DNA of 64,000 bases, taken from the NCBI GenBank assembly GCA_965205015.1, contig OZ242029.1:2688001-2752000 (forward strand). The letters run 5' to 3'. Under the pieces are notes generated by a model. It was not told the DNA's origin, ran no database searches, and worked only from the letters and a program-made list of their open reading frames with translations. Positions 8,939 through 18,615 of this stretch are shown here, piece by piece (the first letter of the stretch is position 1; each line of letters starts with the position of its first letter). A program made the position numbers and the translations under genes. The DNA comes from Candidatus Poribacteria bacterium. Lineage in GTDB: Bacteria > Poribacteria > WGA-4E > WGA-3G.

Positions 8939-9889
8939 TTATAGCGGGTCTCCATCCGTCTCCAAGTTAAGCCACTCCATTTCAGCCTGGGAAAGTTCGA
9001 GTTCCATTGCGCCGAGGGAGGAGTCCATCTCTGTTAAAGTTATAGGTCCAACGATTGGAAAAACGGGGAATGGGATATTCAAGCAGTATGCGAGGGAGAC
9101 CTGAATTGGGGAATAGCCGTGTTTTGCCCCTAATTTCTTTGCGCGTGCGAGTCTTTCAAAGTTGTCGTCGTTGTAGTAGACGCGCACCATATCTCCGTTT
9201 TCGCGATTTTCCGGTGTGAACGCGCCGCTGAAGAAACCTCGTGCTTGCGAAGACCAAGGCATCAACGGGAACTGACTCTCTTTATGCCATTTGCGTGCGG
9301 CATCGTCGACGCAGATACACCCCGCCCACATCGGTTCCATCGGCACGGCGAGACTGATGTTATTGCTACAAGAGACAAATCCCGCCAGTCCGTTTTCAGC
9401 GGCATAGGCGTTGGCATCAATAATGCGCTGAGGGTGCCAATTAGAAGCAGCAGCCGCTCGAATGCGCCCTGCACCGATCTCGTCGTTCAGGTAATCAATG
9501 ATGGTTTCAACGGGAATCACGGGGTCGTCGCGATGGAGCATGTAGAGGTCGATATAATCGGTGCGAAGTCGGATGAGACTTTCATCGAGATCGCTTTTGA
9601 GTTCTTCGGGGGAGAGACGGGGACGCGGCACCCTGCCTTGTGGATGTCCGCCTTTGTCAATGAGAAAAACTTCGTCTCGGTTGCGGCGTTGGCGCATCCA
9701 GAGACCGATAAGCATTTCACTATCACCGCCTCCATAACCGTGCGCTGTGTCGAGGGTATTTCCGCCGGCTTCAAAGAAAGCGTCGAGCATTTCAGTGCTA
9801 TAATCGAATTTGACAGGTGAAAATACCATGGTACCCAGAATCAGATGCGAGATCTCTTTGGTGACTCCGGGAATTTTTATATGTTTCAT
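8939..9889 (-). CDS. Aldo/keto reductase
   Basis: Motifs LILGT, LDTAHGYGGGDSE, SLIRLRTDYIDLYMLHRDD. Confidence 0.9.
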   Translation of the reverse strand: MKHIKIPGVTKEISHLILGTMVFSPVKFDYSTEMLDAFFEAGGNTLDTAHGYGGGDSEMLIGLWMRQRRNRDEVFLIDKGGHPQGRVPRPRLSPEELKSDLDESLIRLRTDYIDLYMLHRDDPVIPVETIIDYLNDEIGAGRIRAAAASNWHPQRIIDANAYAAENGLAGFVSCSNNISLAVPMEPMWAGCICVDDAARKWHKESQFPLMPWSSQARGFFSGAFTPENRENGDMVRVYYNDDNFERLARAKKLGAKHGYSPIQVSLAYCLNIPFPVFPIVGPITLTEMDSSLGAMELELSQAEMEWLNLETDGDPL

Positions 9890-10180
9890 TACAAACGTTT
9901 CCCTTTTTTATTTGGGCATACGGGTTGTGCCCTTTGTAATTACAGAATATAGGGGAATTATAGCAGATTTTCAATCCAAAATCCAGAAGAAAATGTGTCA
10001 ATCGCTCATAATATGTTTGACACCAATCCGATACATCGCATAAAATTTCAGTTACGAGAAATAAGAGCAGGACATACGCAATTTGCGGGTGATACGCTAC
10101 AGTTCACACGCCGCTGGCGAGGTTTCAAACCTCGCCAGCACAGGGGCTGCGTAAGTCCTAAAGAGATTGGAGGGAAACCA

Positions 10181-11194
10181 ATGAAGATCACAGGCTTTGA
10201 ATACCGGACCATCTCTATTCCCTTTATTCCTGCAATACAGGAGCACTCGGGCATGGAGTATCCGACCACCTTGGTTTGGGTGCACACAGATGAAGGTTTG
10301 ACAGGATTGGGTGAGAGCAATTCCCTGAACAGCGATATTACAGACCAGGCTGGTCAAATCGCCGAAAGATACGTCGGCAGAAATCTTTGGGATATTGATC
10401 TCGCTTCGGAGTCATTTGTTTTCCAGTGCGCCTTTTACGATTTGGCAGGACAGGCGTTGGGTGTGCCTGCGTATAAGTTAATCGGTGAGAAATATAGGGA
10501 TAGCGTTGAACTCGCCTATTGGTCGCCACCAATGCCAGCGGAGGCGACAGCAGCAGAGGCAGAACGCGCCGCGAACATGGGTTTTCGGGTGCATAAACTT
10601 AAGGCTCGGCAGGCGAATATTGTCGAAACCGCGCGTCTCATCAAAGAGGCATGCGGACCTGATTTCCAGATTCGTGTGGATCCAAACACGGAATTTGGAG
10701 ATTTGGAGACCGGTCTCCGACTTGCGGAAGCGTTACTGCCATATAATATTGAAGTCTACGAAGACCCGATCCGATTTGAGGATTTGTCTTGGTATCGTCA
10801 GATGCGAGAAGAGGTGGAAGTCCCGGTCGCTCGACATTTGGGAGCACCGCCAGGCATCTTAGAGAATATCCTTGCGGGTGCAGTGGATGCGGTCAACATG
10901 GGTGGGAACGTCGCCGGACTCCGCAAAAGTGCCGCCGTTGCTGAAGCGGCTGACTTACCAATCTGGGTGCAGATCTTTGCATTCGGTTCATGTGTCGCGT
11001 CGACCTTCGCGGCGCACATTGCATGTACACTGCCAAATTGCACAATGCCGATTGATGAACTCCCACACATCCGCGTTGACGATCTCTCTGGGGGCAGTAT
11101 GGACCTCTCAAACGGGGCAATCCACCTATCGGATGCACCAGGATTGGGTATCAGCCTTGATATGGACGCGGTTGAGCGGTATCGGATTCGTTAG
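10181..11194 (+). CDS. Mandelate racemase/muconate lactonizing enzyme family (enolase superfamily)
   Basis: Motifs TDEGLTGLGE, YDLAGQALGVP, KLK, RVDPN, EDP, PGLG. Start at MKITG, behind a GGAGG SD. Confidence 0.85.
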   Translation: MKITGFEYRTISIPFIPAIQEHSGMEYPTTLVWVHTDEGLTGLGESNSLNSDITDQAGQIAERYVGRNLWDIDLASESFVFQCAFYDLAGQALGVPAYKLIGEKYRDSVELAYWSPPMPAEATAAEAERAANMGFRVHKLKARQANIVETARLIKEACGPDFQIRVDPNTEFGDLETGLRLAEALLPYNIEVYEDPIRFEDLSWYRQMREEVEVPVARHLGAPPGILENILAGAVDAVNMGGNVAGLRKSAAVAEAADLPIWVQIFAFGSCVASTFAAHIACTLPNCTMPIDELPHIRVDDLSGGSMDLSNGAIHLSDAPGLGISLDMDAVERYRIR

Positions 11195-11384
11195 AGAATA
11201 GCAGGCGGCGGTCAGTTTCAGCAATTACGGATAAGTGTTGGCACGGCGATTGTGGGATCGTGGTATGGCATGCGGACAGAGCATCGTTTTGGGAGGCACC
11301 CGGTACGGTTAGGAAACCGCACCTACCGGATGTAGTTGACCGATCATTTGAAACCGAGAGCCACAGTATAACGTTTTTATTTCA

Positions 11385-11725
11385 GTGATACTACCCAACG
11401 CCTAAAGGCGTGGGAGACCTCGGTTTCATAGCGATTGCGGTTTTCGCGCAAGCGTCCACCGTCTGACTATCGCTCCACCAGCAGGCTCTTATTCCGAATC
11501 AGATCGGCTTTATCTGGTTTAGGTCCAGGGTACCCCAGCCTGCAAAAGATTGTAGTTGGATAGCGAAACAAGGCGTAGGGTTATAAATCCGCATTCGGCT
11601 TATATGCACGCTATCCGATATACTTTTAGAGTGGTATGGCACTTCGCACCGTATAACCCCTTTCTACGAGGGCGGTTAGGACTCTCTCAAGCGAGAGAGG
11701 TAGAAATCCTAACCAAGTGCTGATA
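11385..11725 (-). mobile_element. Probable non-autonomous IS200/IS605 derivative with omegaRNA-like right end
   Basis: On the minus strand it ends ...CCCACGCCTTTAGGCGTTGGGTAGTATCAC, resembling an IS605 right-end hairpin plus TCAC. This is preceded by a NLLQAG..* TnpB-tail-like peptide. Strong 5' hairpin GGTTAGGA...TCCTAACC; no transposase ORF. Confidence 0.6.
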
Positions 11726-11728
11726 TTA

Positions 11729-11757
11729 ATTATACCACAATTTGAGAAAGATTGCAA
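11729..11757 (-). promoter_or_regulatory. Sigma70-type promoter TTGCAA-17-TATAAT reading into the element
   Basis: Minus strand: TTGCAA tctttctcaaattgtgg TATAAT. Confidence 0.7.
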
Positions 11758-11946
11758 ACCTTTTTGAGTCCACTCGTAACCTCTTGTTTTCTGTTTCTTG
11801 GATAAGAGGCGCGGAGGTTACCGATTGGACCCACACTTAAAGGAATGGGCTTTCTTGACAATGCCCGTAAAAGAGAAGTGTGGACGAGGAAAATGCATTC
11901 CATTCTTCTCAATGCGCAAACCACCAATAGCGTAAGGAGAGATACA

Positions 11947-12144
11947 ATGGCTTCGGAATCGTATTGGAAAGTCCTACAGAAATCAAACCGTATGCTGGCG
12001 TTAAATTGGGAAACACTTGTATCAGCACGCACTGAAGGCGATAAGAAGCGGATAAGGAGAGCGGAGCGGAATTATTTCCAATCCTTGCGGAGTGCTATGG
12101 TAGCAACGCAAAATGCGGTTTCAGAGCGGATAACTGCTCGATGA
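11947..12144 (+). CDS. Small hypothetical protein (65 aa)
   Basis: AAGGAGA SD before the ATG at 11947; its stop overlaps the next start (ATGA). Confidence 0.6.
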   Translation: MASESYWKVLQKSNRMLALNWETLVSARTEGDKKRIRRAERNYFQSLRSAMVATQNAVSERITAR

Positions 12145-12920
12145 ACAATATTATGAGTACTTCCCATCTACGTTATCTACACGTTGCACAAGACGTGCTA
12201 AAGCAGATTGAGGCGACGCAAACCGAGGCGATTGCACAAGCCTCTGAAATGTGTGCAGAGACGATAGCAGCAGACGGACTTGTCTACCTATTCGGATCCG
12301 GGCATTCCCGCATGCCGGTCGAGGAAATTTTTCCACGTTATGGCAGTTTTCCAGGGTTTTTTCCCATCGTTGAATTAGCAGTTACGTTTCACAATCAGGT
12401 CGTCGGTTGCAACGGTCAACGTCAAGCACTCTTTCTGGAGAACGTCTCAGGGTATGCAGAGGTGATTCTACGCAACTTCACCTTCGGTCCCCACGATTGC
12501 ATGATGGTGTTCTCCAATTCCGGCACGAACATCCTCCCGATCGAAATGGCGATGGGAGCAAAGGCACGGAACCTCCCCGTCATTGCAGTGAGTTCAATCG
12601 CGCACAGCAGCGCGTCTTCCTCAAAACACGCCTCCGGCAAACGCCTGTATGAAGTCGCGGATCTAACGATTGACAACTGTAATCCGCCGGGAGATGCTGT
12701 CGTAGACATTCCGGATTTGGCGTATCCTGTGGGACCTACATCCAGCATTGGCACACTGTCGATTGTCAATGCCATTAAATGCCGTGTTGCAGAACTCCTG
12801 ACAGCGCGTGGGAAACCGCCTGTCGTATTGACCGGTGCGCATTTCCTCGGACCCGAAGAATCGGCGAAGCAGATTGAAAAGGCTTATGACGATTATAAAA
12901 CTCGCGTTCAAGGTAGTTAG
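12141..12920 (+). CDS. SIS (sugar isomerase) domain protein
   Basis: Motifs LFGSGHS, FSNSGTN, GDA, VGPTSS. Confidence 0.85.
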   Translation: MNNIMSTSHLRYLHVAQDVLKQIEATQTEAIAQASEMCAETIAADGLVYLFGSGHSRMPVEEIFPRYGSFPGFFPIVELAVTFHNQVVGCNGQRQALFLENVSGYAEVILRNFTFGPHDCMMVFSNSGTNILPIEMAMGAKARNLPVIAVSSIAHSSASSSKHASGKRLYEVADLTIDNCNPPGDAVVDIPDLAYPVGPTSSIGTLSIVNAIKCRVAELLTARGKPPVVLTGAHFLGPEESAKQIEKAYDDYKTRVQGS

Positions 12921-13027
12921 TGCGCCACAATTTTTCCATTGACTTTTCTCCCACGAATCTATATACTTTAAAAAGTACGCAAAACGCTGGGTTTCCCGAA
13001 GTAAGTTTGCATCCGATGGACATTCCG

Positions 13028-13627
13028 ATGCCGAAAACTACCAAAAGAATCGCGGTGATGGGTGGGACATTCAATCCCGTTCACTACGCGCATCTGATCA
13101 GTGCTGAACAGGTTCGGACAGGGTTAGGTTACGATAAAATTCTGTTCATTCCTTCTGCGAGACCGCCGCATAAGGTGGCAGACACTGATATTATCGAACC
13201 GGAACATCGGTATCAAATGGTGCTTTTAGCAATCGCAGGGAATCCGCATTTTGAAGTATCACGCATTGAATTGGAGCGCGCAGGTCCGTCCTATACTATC
13301 GAGACGCTCAAAGCCTTGAAAAAATTGTATGGAGAAACGACTGAACTGGCATGGATCATTGGGGCGGACTCTCTTATTGAGTATAAAGTCTGGAAGGATT
13401 TCGATGAAGTGTTGGAGCAATGCGTTATGATCGCGACGACACGCCCGAATTACGACCTGAATCGAGTTCCATTAGAAATTCGCAAACGGGTTACCACCTT
13501 TCCGATAATAGGCGTTGATATATCCGCCACAGTTATCCGACATCGGGTGCGGAAAGGTCATTCAATCCAGTATCTCGTGCCAGAAGATGTCCGCGCTTAT
13601 ATCGAACAGCGTCGGCTATATCTATAA
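13028..13627 (+). CDS. nadD: Nicotinate-nucleotide adenylyltransferase
   Basis: Motifs GGTFNPVHYAH, PPHK, SYTIETL, IIGADSL, ISATVIR; start position inferred. Confidence 0.92.
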   Translation: MPKTTKRIAVMGGTFNPVHYAHLISAEQVRTGLGYDKILFIPSARPPHKVADTDIIEPEHRYQMVLLAIAGNPHFEVSRIELERAGPSYTIETLKALKKLYGETTELAWIIGADSLIEYKVWKDFDEVLEQCVMIATTRPNYDLNRVPLEIRKRVTTFPIIGVDISATVIRHRVRKGHSIQYLVPEDVRAYIEQRRLYL

Positions 13628-13673
13628 TTGAAGCCGTCCGTTTAAAAAATCAGAGTACCTAAAAAATAAGGAA

Positions 13674-13925
13674 GTGAAAGACGTGCAACATACATGTAGT
13701 ATGTGTGGGACAGTTTACGATTTCGTATGGAAAGAGGGAACCCCTTTACCGAAGAACTTCCCTTTCTGTAGTGCGCGATGTAAAGCAGCAGACTTGTCAA
13801 AATGGTTGAACGAGGAATACACTATCAGCACCGCACTCCCAAATATGATTGTGTCGGATACCGAACACGAGATTCTTGCCGAGCTCGCCCAATTAGGTGT
13901 GCGTCCTGACGATGACACCGACTGA
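13674..13925 (+). CDS. yacG: DNA gyrase inhibitor YacG
   Basis: CxxC...FPFCSARCKAADLSKWLNEEY signature. Confidence 0.85.
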   Translation: MKDVQHTCSMCGTVYDFVWKEGTPLPKNFPFCSARCKAADLSKWLNEEYTISTALPNMIVSDTEHEILAELAQLGVRPDDDTD

Positions 13926-13972
13926 TTGAAATAGTGGTGGGAGGTAAGGTTTAGAAACCACGTTTATATGAG

Positions 13973-14575
13973 ATGAATTGCACATTAGCGGAACTCCGGG
14001 CACACCCGAAGTCAATCGAAATTCAGAAGTATCTCTCAGACAAGCTGAGTGAGAAACGCTATCAGCACGTTCTCTCTGTACAAGAGATGAGCGTTGATTT
14101 AGCACATGTTCATGGCGCCAACGTCTGGCATGCCAACCTCGCTGCGCTTTTGCATGATAGTGCAAAGTGGATGAGTGTGCAAGAATTACACACCGAAATA
14201 CAGCGCTACGGGATTCGTCTGGACCCGGTTGAAGAGCAGAATCCGTCTCTTTTGCATCCATTCATCGGCGTGAAAATTGCAATAGAGAGGTTTTCTGTAA
14301 CAGAACTCGAAGTCCTTGAAGCTATTCGAAACCATACCACAGGTAGCCCCTCAATGGGTATTATTGCACAAATACTATATGTTGCGGACTTTGCAGAACC
14401 AACACGGACCCATCAGGAGGTCGATGTCGTGCGGAAGTTAGCCTACACAGATTTGGACCGAGCGGTGCATCATGTGGCACGTAGGGAAATTGTGTATCTT
14501 TTAGAAAAAGGGGTATTGATTCATCCGAATACGCTTCATACCTATAACAGTACGTTAGAAAGTAGCGAGCTTTAA
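13973..14575 (+). CDS. yqeK: HD-domain Ap4A hydrolase YqeK
   Basis: Motifs KRYQH, LLHDSAK, LLH, AIRNHTTG, YVADFAEP; nadD/rsfS context. Confidence 0.88.
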   Translation: MNCTLAELRAHPKSIEIQKYLSDKLSEKRYQHVLSVQEMSVDLAHVHGANVWHANLAALLHDSAKWMSVQELHTEIQRYGIRLDPVEEQNPSLLHPFIGVKIAIERFSVTELEVLEAIRNHTTGSPSMGIIAQILYVADFAEPTRTHQEVDVVRKLAYTDLDRAVHHVARREIVYLLEKGVLIHPNTLHTYNSTLESSEL

Positions 14576-14741
14576 AAACAGAGGCGGTTTCCATGCGCCG
14601 CCGGACGAGTCATCATTACATCAAAAGTGCAGCGTCTTGATAGTGCCAAAGCACGTAAGCCCAAATAACGCGCCGGGCTGGCTCTACGGAAAGGCACGTC
14701 AAATGTCAAAACCTGACCGAACCGCAAGGAATACATAAAAA

Positions 14742-15197
14742 ATGGGAATCGAAAAGGATACATTAGATATGGTAAAAGCTGCAGCATCTGCAGCGATGAG
14801 TCGACGTGCACGGGACGGAGTCATTCTGGATCTGCGGAAACTTGACGGTTTCACGGATTTCTTTGCAATCTTTAGTGGCACTTCTGATATTCAAGTAGAA
14901 GGTATATCACAAGCCGTGATTGAGGAACTCGAAACGAACTGGGCACAGCGTCCTTGGCATCAGGAGGGTGAACGCAAAGCAGATTGGATTCTGTTGGACT
15001 ACGTGGACTTTGTCGTACATGTTTTCCTTTCTGATCGGCGTTCCTACTATAACCTGGAACGCTTGTGGGCTGAGGCGAACCGGATTGAGTTGCCAGAATT
15101 AACGATGCCTATCCCGCAAGAAACATGGGAAGAAGAGATGGATCCTGATGGTGCGCTGGTTTTTGGTGAGCAGGAGGAAACCACGTCAGAGGGATAG
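14742..15197 (+). CDS. rsfS: Ribosome silencing factor RsfS
   Basis: WILLDYVDFVVHVF...YYNLERLW. Confidence 0.92.
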   Translation: MGIEKDTLDMVKAAASAAMSRRARDGVILDLRKLDGFTDFFAIFSGTSDIQVEGISQAVIEELETNWAQRPWHQEGERKADWILLDYVDFVVHVFLSDRRSYYNLERLWAEANRIELPELTMPIPQETWEEEMDPDGALVFGEQEETTSEG

Positions 15198-15265
15198 GTG
15201 CGTTTCGGCGAGAAGCGTCGTTAAAATTTTGAAAGTGAGGCTATGGGGGGTATTGCGAAGATAGG

Positions 15266-16000
15266 TCAATCAATGGCAAAGAGGAGAACTGTGACGTTAT
15301 CGGTGCCGCCGTAATCGAGTGCTTTATCGACGAGATTTTCTGACGCTTCTTCAATATTGCGAGCCGCCATAATAATCTCAGCAATTTCATTATCGTTGAC
15401 GATCATGTCATGCAAGCCATCGGTACAAGCGAGGACGATGTCCCCTGGACCAAGTGGGTAGGCATCAGCGCTGACGGTGACAGTGGGCATCAGACCGACA
15501 GCCTGTGTGACAATATTTCGTTTTTCATGAACGCGGCTCTCTTCGGGCGTTATTTCACCCTTTTCGACCATCTTTTGAACGAATGTATCATCTGTTGTTA
15601 TTTGTGTAATCTTTCCATCGCGTAAGACGTAAAGCCGGCTATCCCCGACATGCACATAAGCGAGGTAGCTGAAGGTGACAAAGCCTGCGATAAGGGTTGT
15701 GCCCATACCCCGTGCCTTGCCAGTGTTCTCCGCTGCGGTGTGGATACGCTGATTCGCTTCCTCCGCGAGTTCGGTCAAGACGGCGAGTCTTTTCATAGGC
15801 CCTAAATCGCTCTGCGGAGACGCTTGGGTTTTTGCCCACTCCTGAATAATCTCAAGAGCGATAAGACTCGCGACATCGCCGCTTTCATGTCCACTCATAC
15901 CATCGGCGATGGCAAATAACTGGAGTTGCGTATCAAAATAGTATCGGTCTTCGTTTCTTTCACGAAGTTTACCTGTGTCTGTTTTTGCTGCAAACTGCAT
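15266..16000 (-). CDS. PP2C-family Ser/Thr protein phosphatase
   Basis: Motifs RERNED, ADGMSGH, GMGTT, HVGDSRLY, CTDGL, GGTDNVT. Confidence 0.92.
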   Translation of the reverse strand: MQFAAKTDTGKLRERNEDRYYFDTQLQLFAIADGMSGHESGDVASLIALEIIQEWAKTQASPQSDLGPMKRLAVLTELAEEANQRIHTAAENTGKARGMGTTLIAGFVTFSYLAYVHVGDSRLYVLRDGKITQITTDDTFVQKMVEKGEITPEESRVHEKRNIVTQAVGLMPTVTVSADAYPLGPGDIVLACTDGLHDMIVNDNEIAEIIMAARNIEEASENLVDKALDYGGTDNVTVLLFAID

Positions 16001-16245
16001 CTTTCTATCGCCCGGGTCGTCTGTGGTTAAGAATATAAAAGGCTTATGAGTGCTTATTCAGGAAGGTGCCAGATGCATTCAGAAGGACCACATATCTTCT
16101 TTGAAATGTCGACTGCATAGAAAAACGATGAAAGTAAGATACGGTTTCAAAATTCGCAGAACTTCTGATTTTTCGGGTAAAATGGGATCTAAACCCCAGT
16201 AATTATTTCGTTGGAATTTGAGCATTTGCTATTCATAAAATAAAC

Positions 16246-17409
16246 ATGTACATAGAGCGGTTATCCACCAGTCCAAAGCACCATTTCTTCGGCTACTACG
16301 GCATTAATCCGTGGGATAGCACGGCAAGGTACCACCTGGCGTTAGAGACAGATTTTCATACGCACCGTCCTCTACCCGAAGATGTAGCAACGGTTGGACT
16401 GATTCATCGCGAAACGCGCGAATTTATCCCACACGCAAAGACCGCTGCTTTTAACCTTCAACAGGGAAGTATGCTGCACTGGATAAACGGTAGCGAAAAT
16501 GGCGAACACGACGCTGCCCGTACGGAATTCACGTTTAACGATTGGGAAGATGGCAACCTTGTATCGCGTGCTCTAAATCCGGGGACGGGTACCCTCCGAA
16601 CAATTCAGGGTGCGATCGCGGCAGTGTCCCCGACTGCCCCCCTTGCCATTGGGCTTAACTATGGGCGGATGGCACACTGCCGTGCTGTTGTCGGCTACGC
16701 TACGCACACTAAATCCAGCGAGGTCATAGCACAACCCGAGGACGACGGCTTATATCAACTCAACCTCCAAGACGGGAGTTCTGAGCTTATCCTCTCTATC
16801 GCGGATGTCATCCGAGCGAGCGGGGATGAACGGATGGTAGGCAAACGAACTTGGTTCAATCACGTTCTGTTTAATACAGATGGAACACGACTTCTATTCT
16901 TCTGTCGAGTCCGTCGAGAGACAGGGCACTGCACCTCGCTCTGGACAGTCAATCCTGATGGTTCCGATTTGGAAATGCAAATCCCGTTTGACTATCGAGT
17001 GTCTCATTTCGACTGGCGCACTCCTACGCGGATTCTCGTCTCTTCAGATCTATCCGGTCAGATGGGATTTTTTGAATTCACAGATGGGGTCCGAGACTTC
17101 GCGCCGATTGGATGCGGTGTCCTGCCGAGCGATGGGCACGCTTCCTTCTCACCGGACCGAGAGTGGCTACTTTGTGATACGTATCCTCGCGGTACAGAGC
17201 GTTTGGCGCAGCTTATGGTTTACAATATCGCTGAAAACCGCAAGATTGTTTTGGGCGAATTTCATCATGAAGAACAGTTCGTTGGAGATATTCGATGCGA
17301 TCTACATCCGCGCTGGGCACCCGATGGAAAAACGATTACCTTCGACTCCGTCCATGAAGGCTCCCGACAGATATATCTCGTGGAGATACCGCACACAGAT
17401 CCCCTATAG
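16246..17409 (+). CDS. TolB-like beta-propeller protein (oligogalacturonate-lyase-like family)
   Basis: Motifs HHFFGYY, FNLQQG, DGHASFSPD, RCDLHPRW, FDSVHEG. Confidence 0.65.
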   Translation: MYIERLSTSPKHHFFGYYGINPWDSTARYHLALETDFHTHRPLPEDVATVGLIHRETREFIPHAKTAAFNLQQGSMLHWINGSENGEHDAARTEFTFNDWEDGNLVSRALNPGTGTLRTIQGAIAAVSPTAPLAIGLNYGRMAHCRAVVGYATHTKSSEVIAQPEDDGLYQLNLQDGSSELILSIADVIRASGDERMVGKRTWFNHVLFNTDGTRLLFFCRVRRETGHCTSLWTVNPDGSDLEMQIPFDYRVSHFDWRTPTRILVSSDLSGQMGFFEFTDGVRDFAPIGCGVLPSDGHASFSPDREWLLCDTYPRGTERLAQLMVYNIAENRKIVLGEFHHEEQFVGDIRCDLHPRWAPDGKTITFDSVHEGSRQIYLVEIPHTDPL

Positions 17410-17543
17410 AGGAAACCTGCGGGATAATGAAGTAAGTCCTTCAATCTCATAAATCGTAGCCCGTAATGAAATGGAGGGCGGATTCGAGAAAGGACCGTTA
17501 AAGTTCAAACCCACGTCATTTAACCGCAAGGTATAATTAAAAA

Positions 17544-18605
17544 ATGTTCCGAGATGATTGTTCTCATGAAAAGATTGGGCGATTGCCAAGCATTGTGACG
17601 TGTCCCTTTGCGAATGTTAGGGAGCATCGCGAGGCTATCGTTTTAACAACGGATCCGGCGTGGAAGGCTGTTAGGGGTATTGACGTTAACACGCAACAGC
17701 CGATCTATGTTGAGGGTAACACGCGAGCAGATATGGCTGCGCTCGCAGCGTCGTGTGACGGCGAAGTGGTTTACGGTATCGGGGGAGGTTTGGCGATTGA
17801 TACTGCCAAATATGTTGCTGCTGCGAAAGCGTTGCCACTCATCGTACTCCCCACCATTCTATCAACTGATGCGTTTCTTACGGATGCGACAGGCGTTAGA
17901 GAAAATGGGTGTGTCCGCTATCTTCCCTCAACAGCACCGGACACTGTTATTATAGATATGGATGTCTTGTGTAGTGCCCCTGCCGCCATGAGGGCGAGTG
18001 GTGCTGCGGATGTTCTCTCAATCGCGACGGCGCTCTGGGATTGGCAGGAGGCGGAGCAGATGGGAACGAATCCAGCGAATCAACAATTGACGCCACAAGC
18101 GGTTGGCATAGCGACCACGCTTCTCCAAACGCTTCTGGATAACGCACGGGAAATCGGGCGCGGGACGCCAACTGGCTTGAAGCTCCTACTCGACCTGCTC
18201 TGTATGGAGGTCCAACTCTGTTATCAATGCGGACATAGTCGCGTTGAAGAAGGAAGCGAACATTACTTTGTCTATGCCATTGAAAACCATTTGACATTCA
18301 CAGAAAAGAGGGGTCCCGACAGCGAGGCTACAAATGAGGACCCGCTTTTACACGGTGAATTGGTAGGACTTGGTATCCTCCTGATGGCTGTGTTGCAATC
18401 GCAGCCCTGGACACAGTATCGTCATGCGTTGGAATGTTTGCAGATTAATTACCGTCCGTCGGCTGTTGCCCGTGATGCAATTGCCGAAACGCTTATTAAC
18501 CTATCCGACTACGTCGCGCAACACCAACTCCCATATACAGTAGCGACCTCTTTACGGATCACTCCTGATATTGCCGAAAGGACGATACAAACGATATTGG
18601 ATTAA
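17544..18605 (+). CDS. Glycerol-1-phosphate dehydrogenase-like oxidoreductase (EgsA/AraM-like)
   Basis: Motifs GIGGGLAIDTAKY, PTILSTD, SGAADVLS, GSEH, LHGELVG. Confidence 0.7.
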   Translation: MFRDDCSHEKIGRLPSIVTCPFANVREHREAIVLTTDPAWKAVRGIDVNTQQPIYVEGNTRADMAALAASCDGEVVYGIGGGLAIDTAKYVAAAKALPLIVLPTILSTDAFLTDATGVRENGCVRYLPSTAPDTVIIDMDVLCSAPAAMRASGAADVLSIATALWDWQEAEQMGTNPANQQLTPQAVGIATTLLQTLLDNAREIGRGTPTGLKLLLDLLCMEVQLCYQCGHSRVEEGSEHYFVYAIENHLTFTEKRGPDSEATNEDPLLHGELVGLGILLMAVLQSQPWTQYRHALECLQINYRPSAVARDAIAETLINLSDYVAQHQLPYTVATSLRITPDIAERTIQTILD

Positions 18606-18615
18606 GCCTGAGGAC

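Noticed and set aside
9995-10180. N-terminal extensions in the ORF track (also 4606-4680, 41487-41633, 49377-49523, 60885-60971)
   Set aside because: They run through promoter or repeat DNA, and better SD-linked starts lie downstream.
14576-14741. Possible ncRNA or gene remnant between yqeK and rsfS
   Set aside because: Only short weak stems and short interrupted ORFs; no second copy or recognisable motif.
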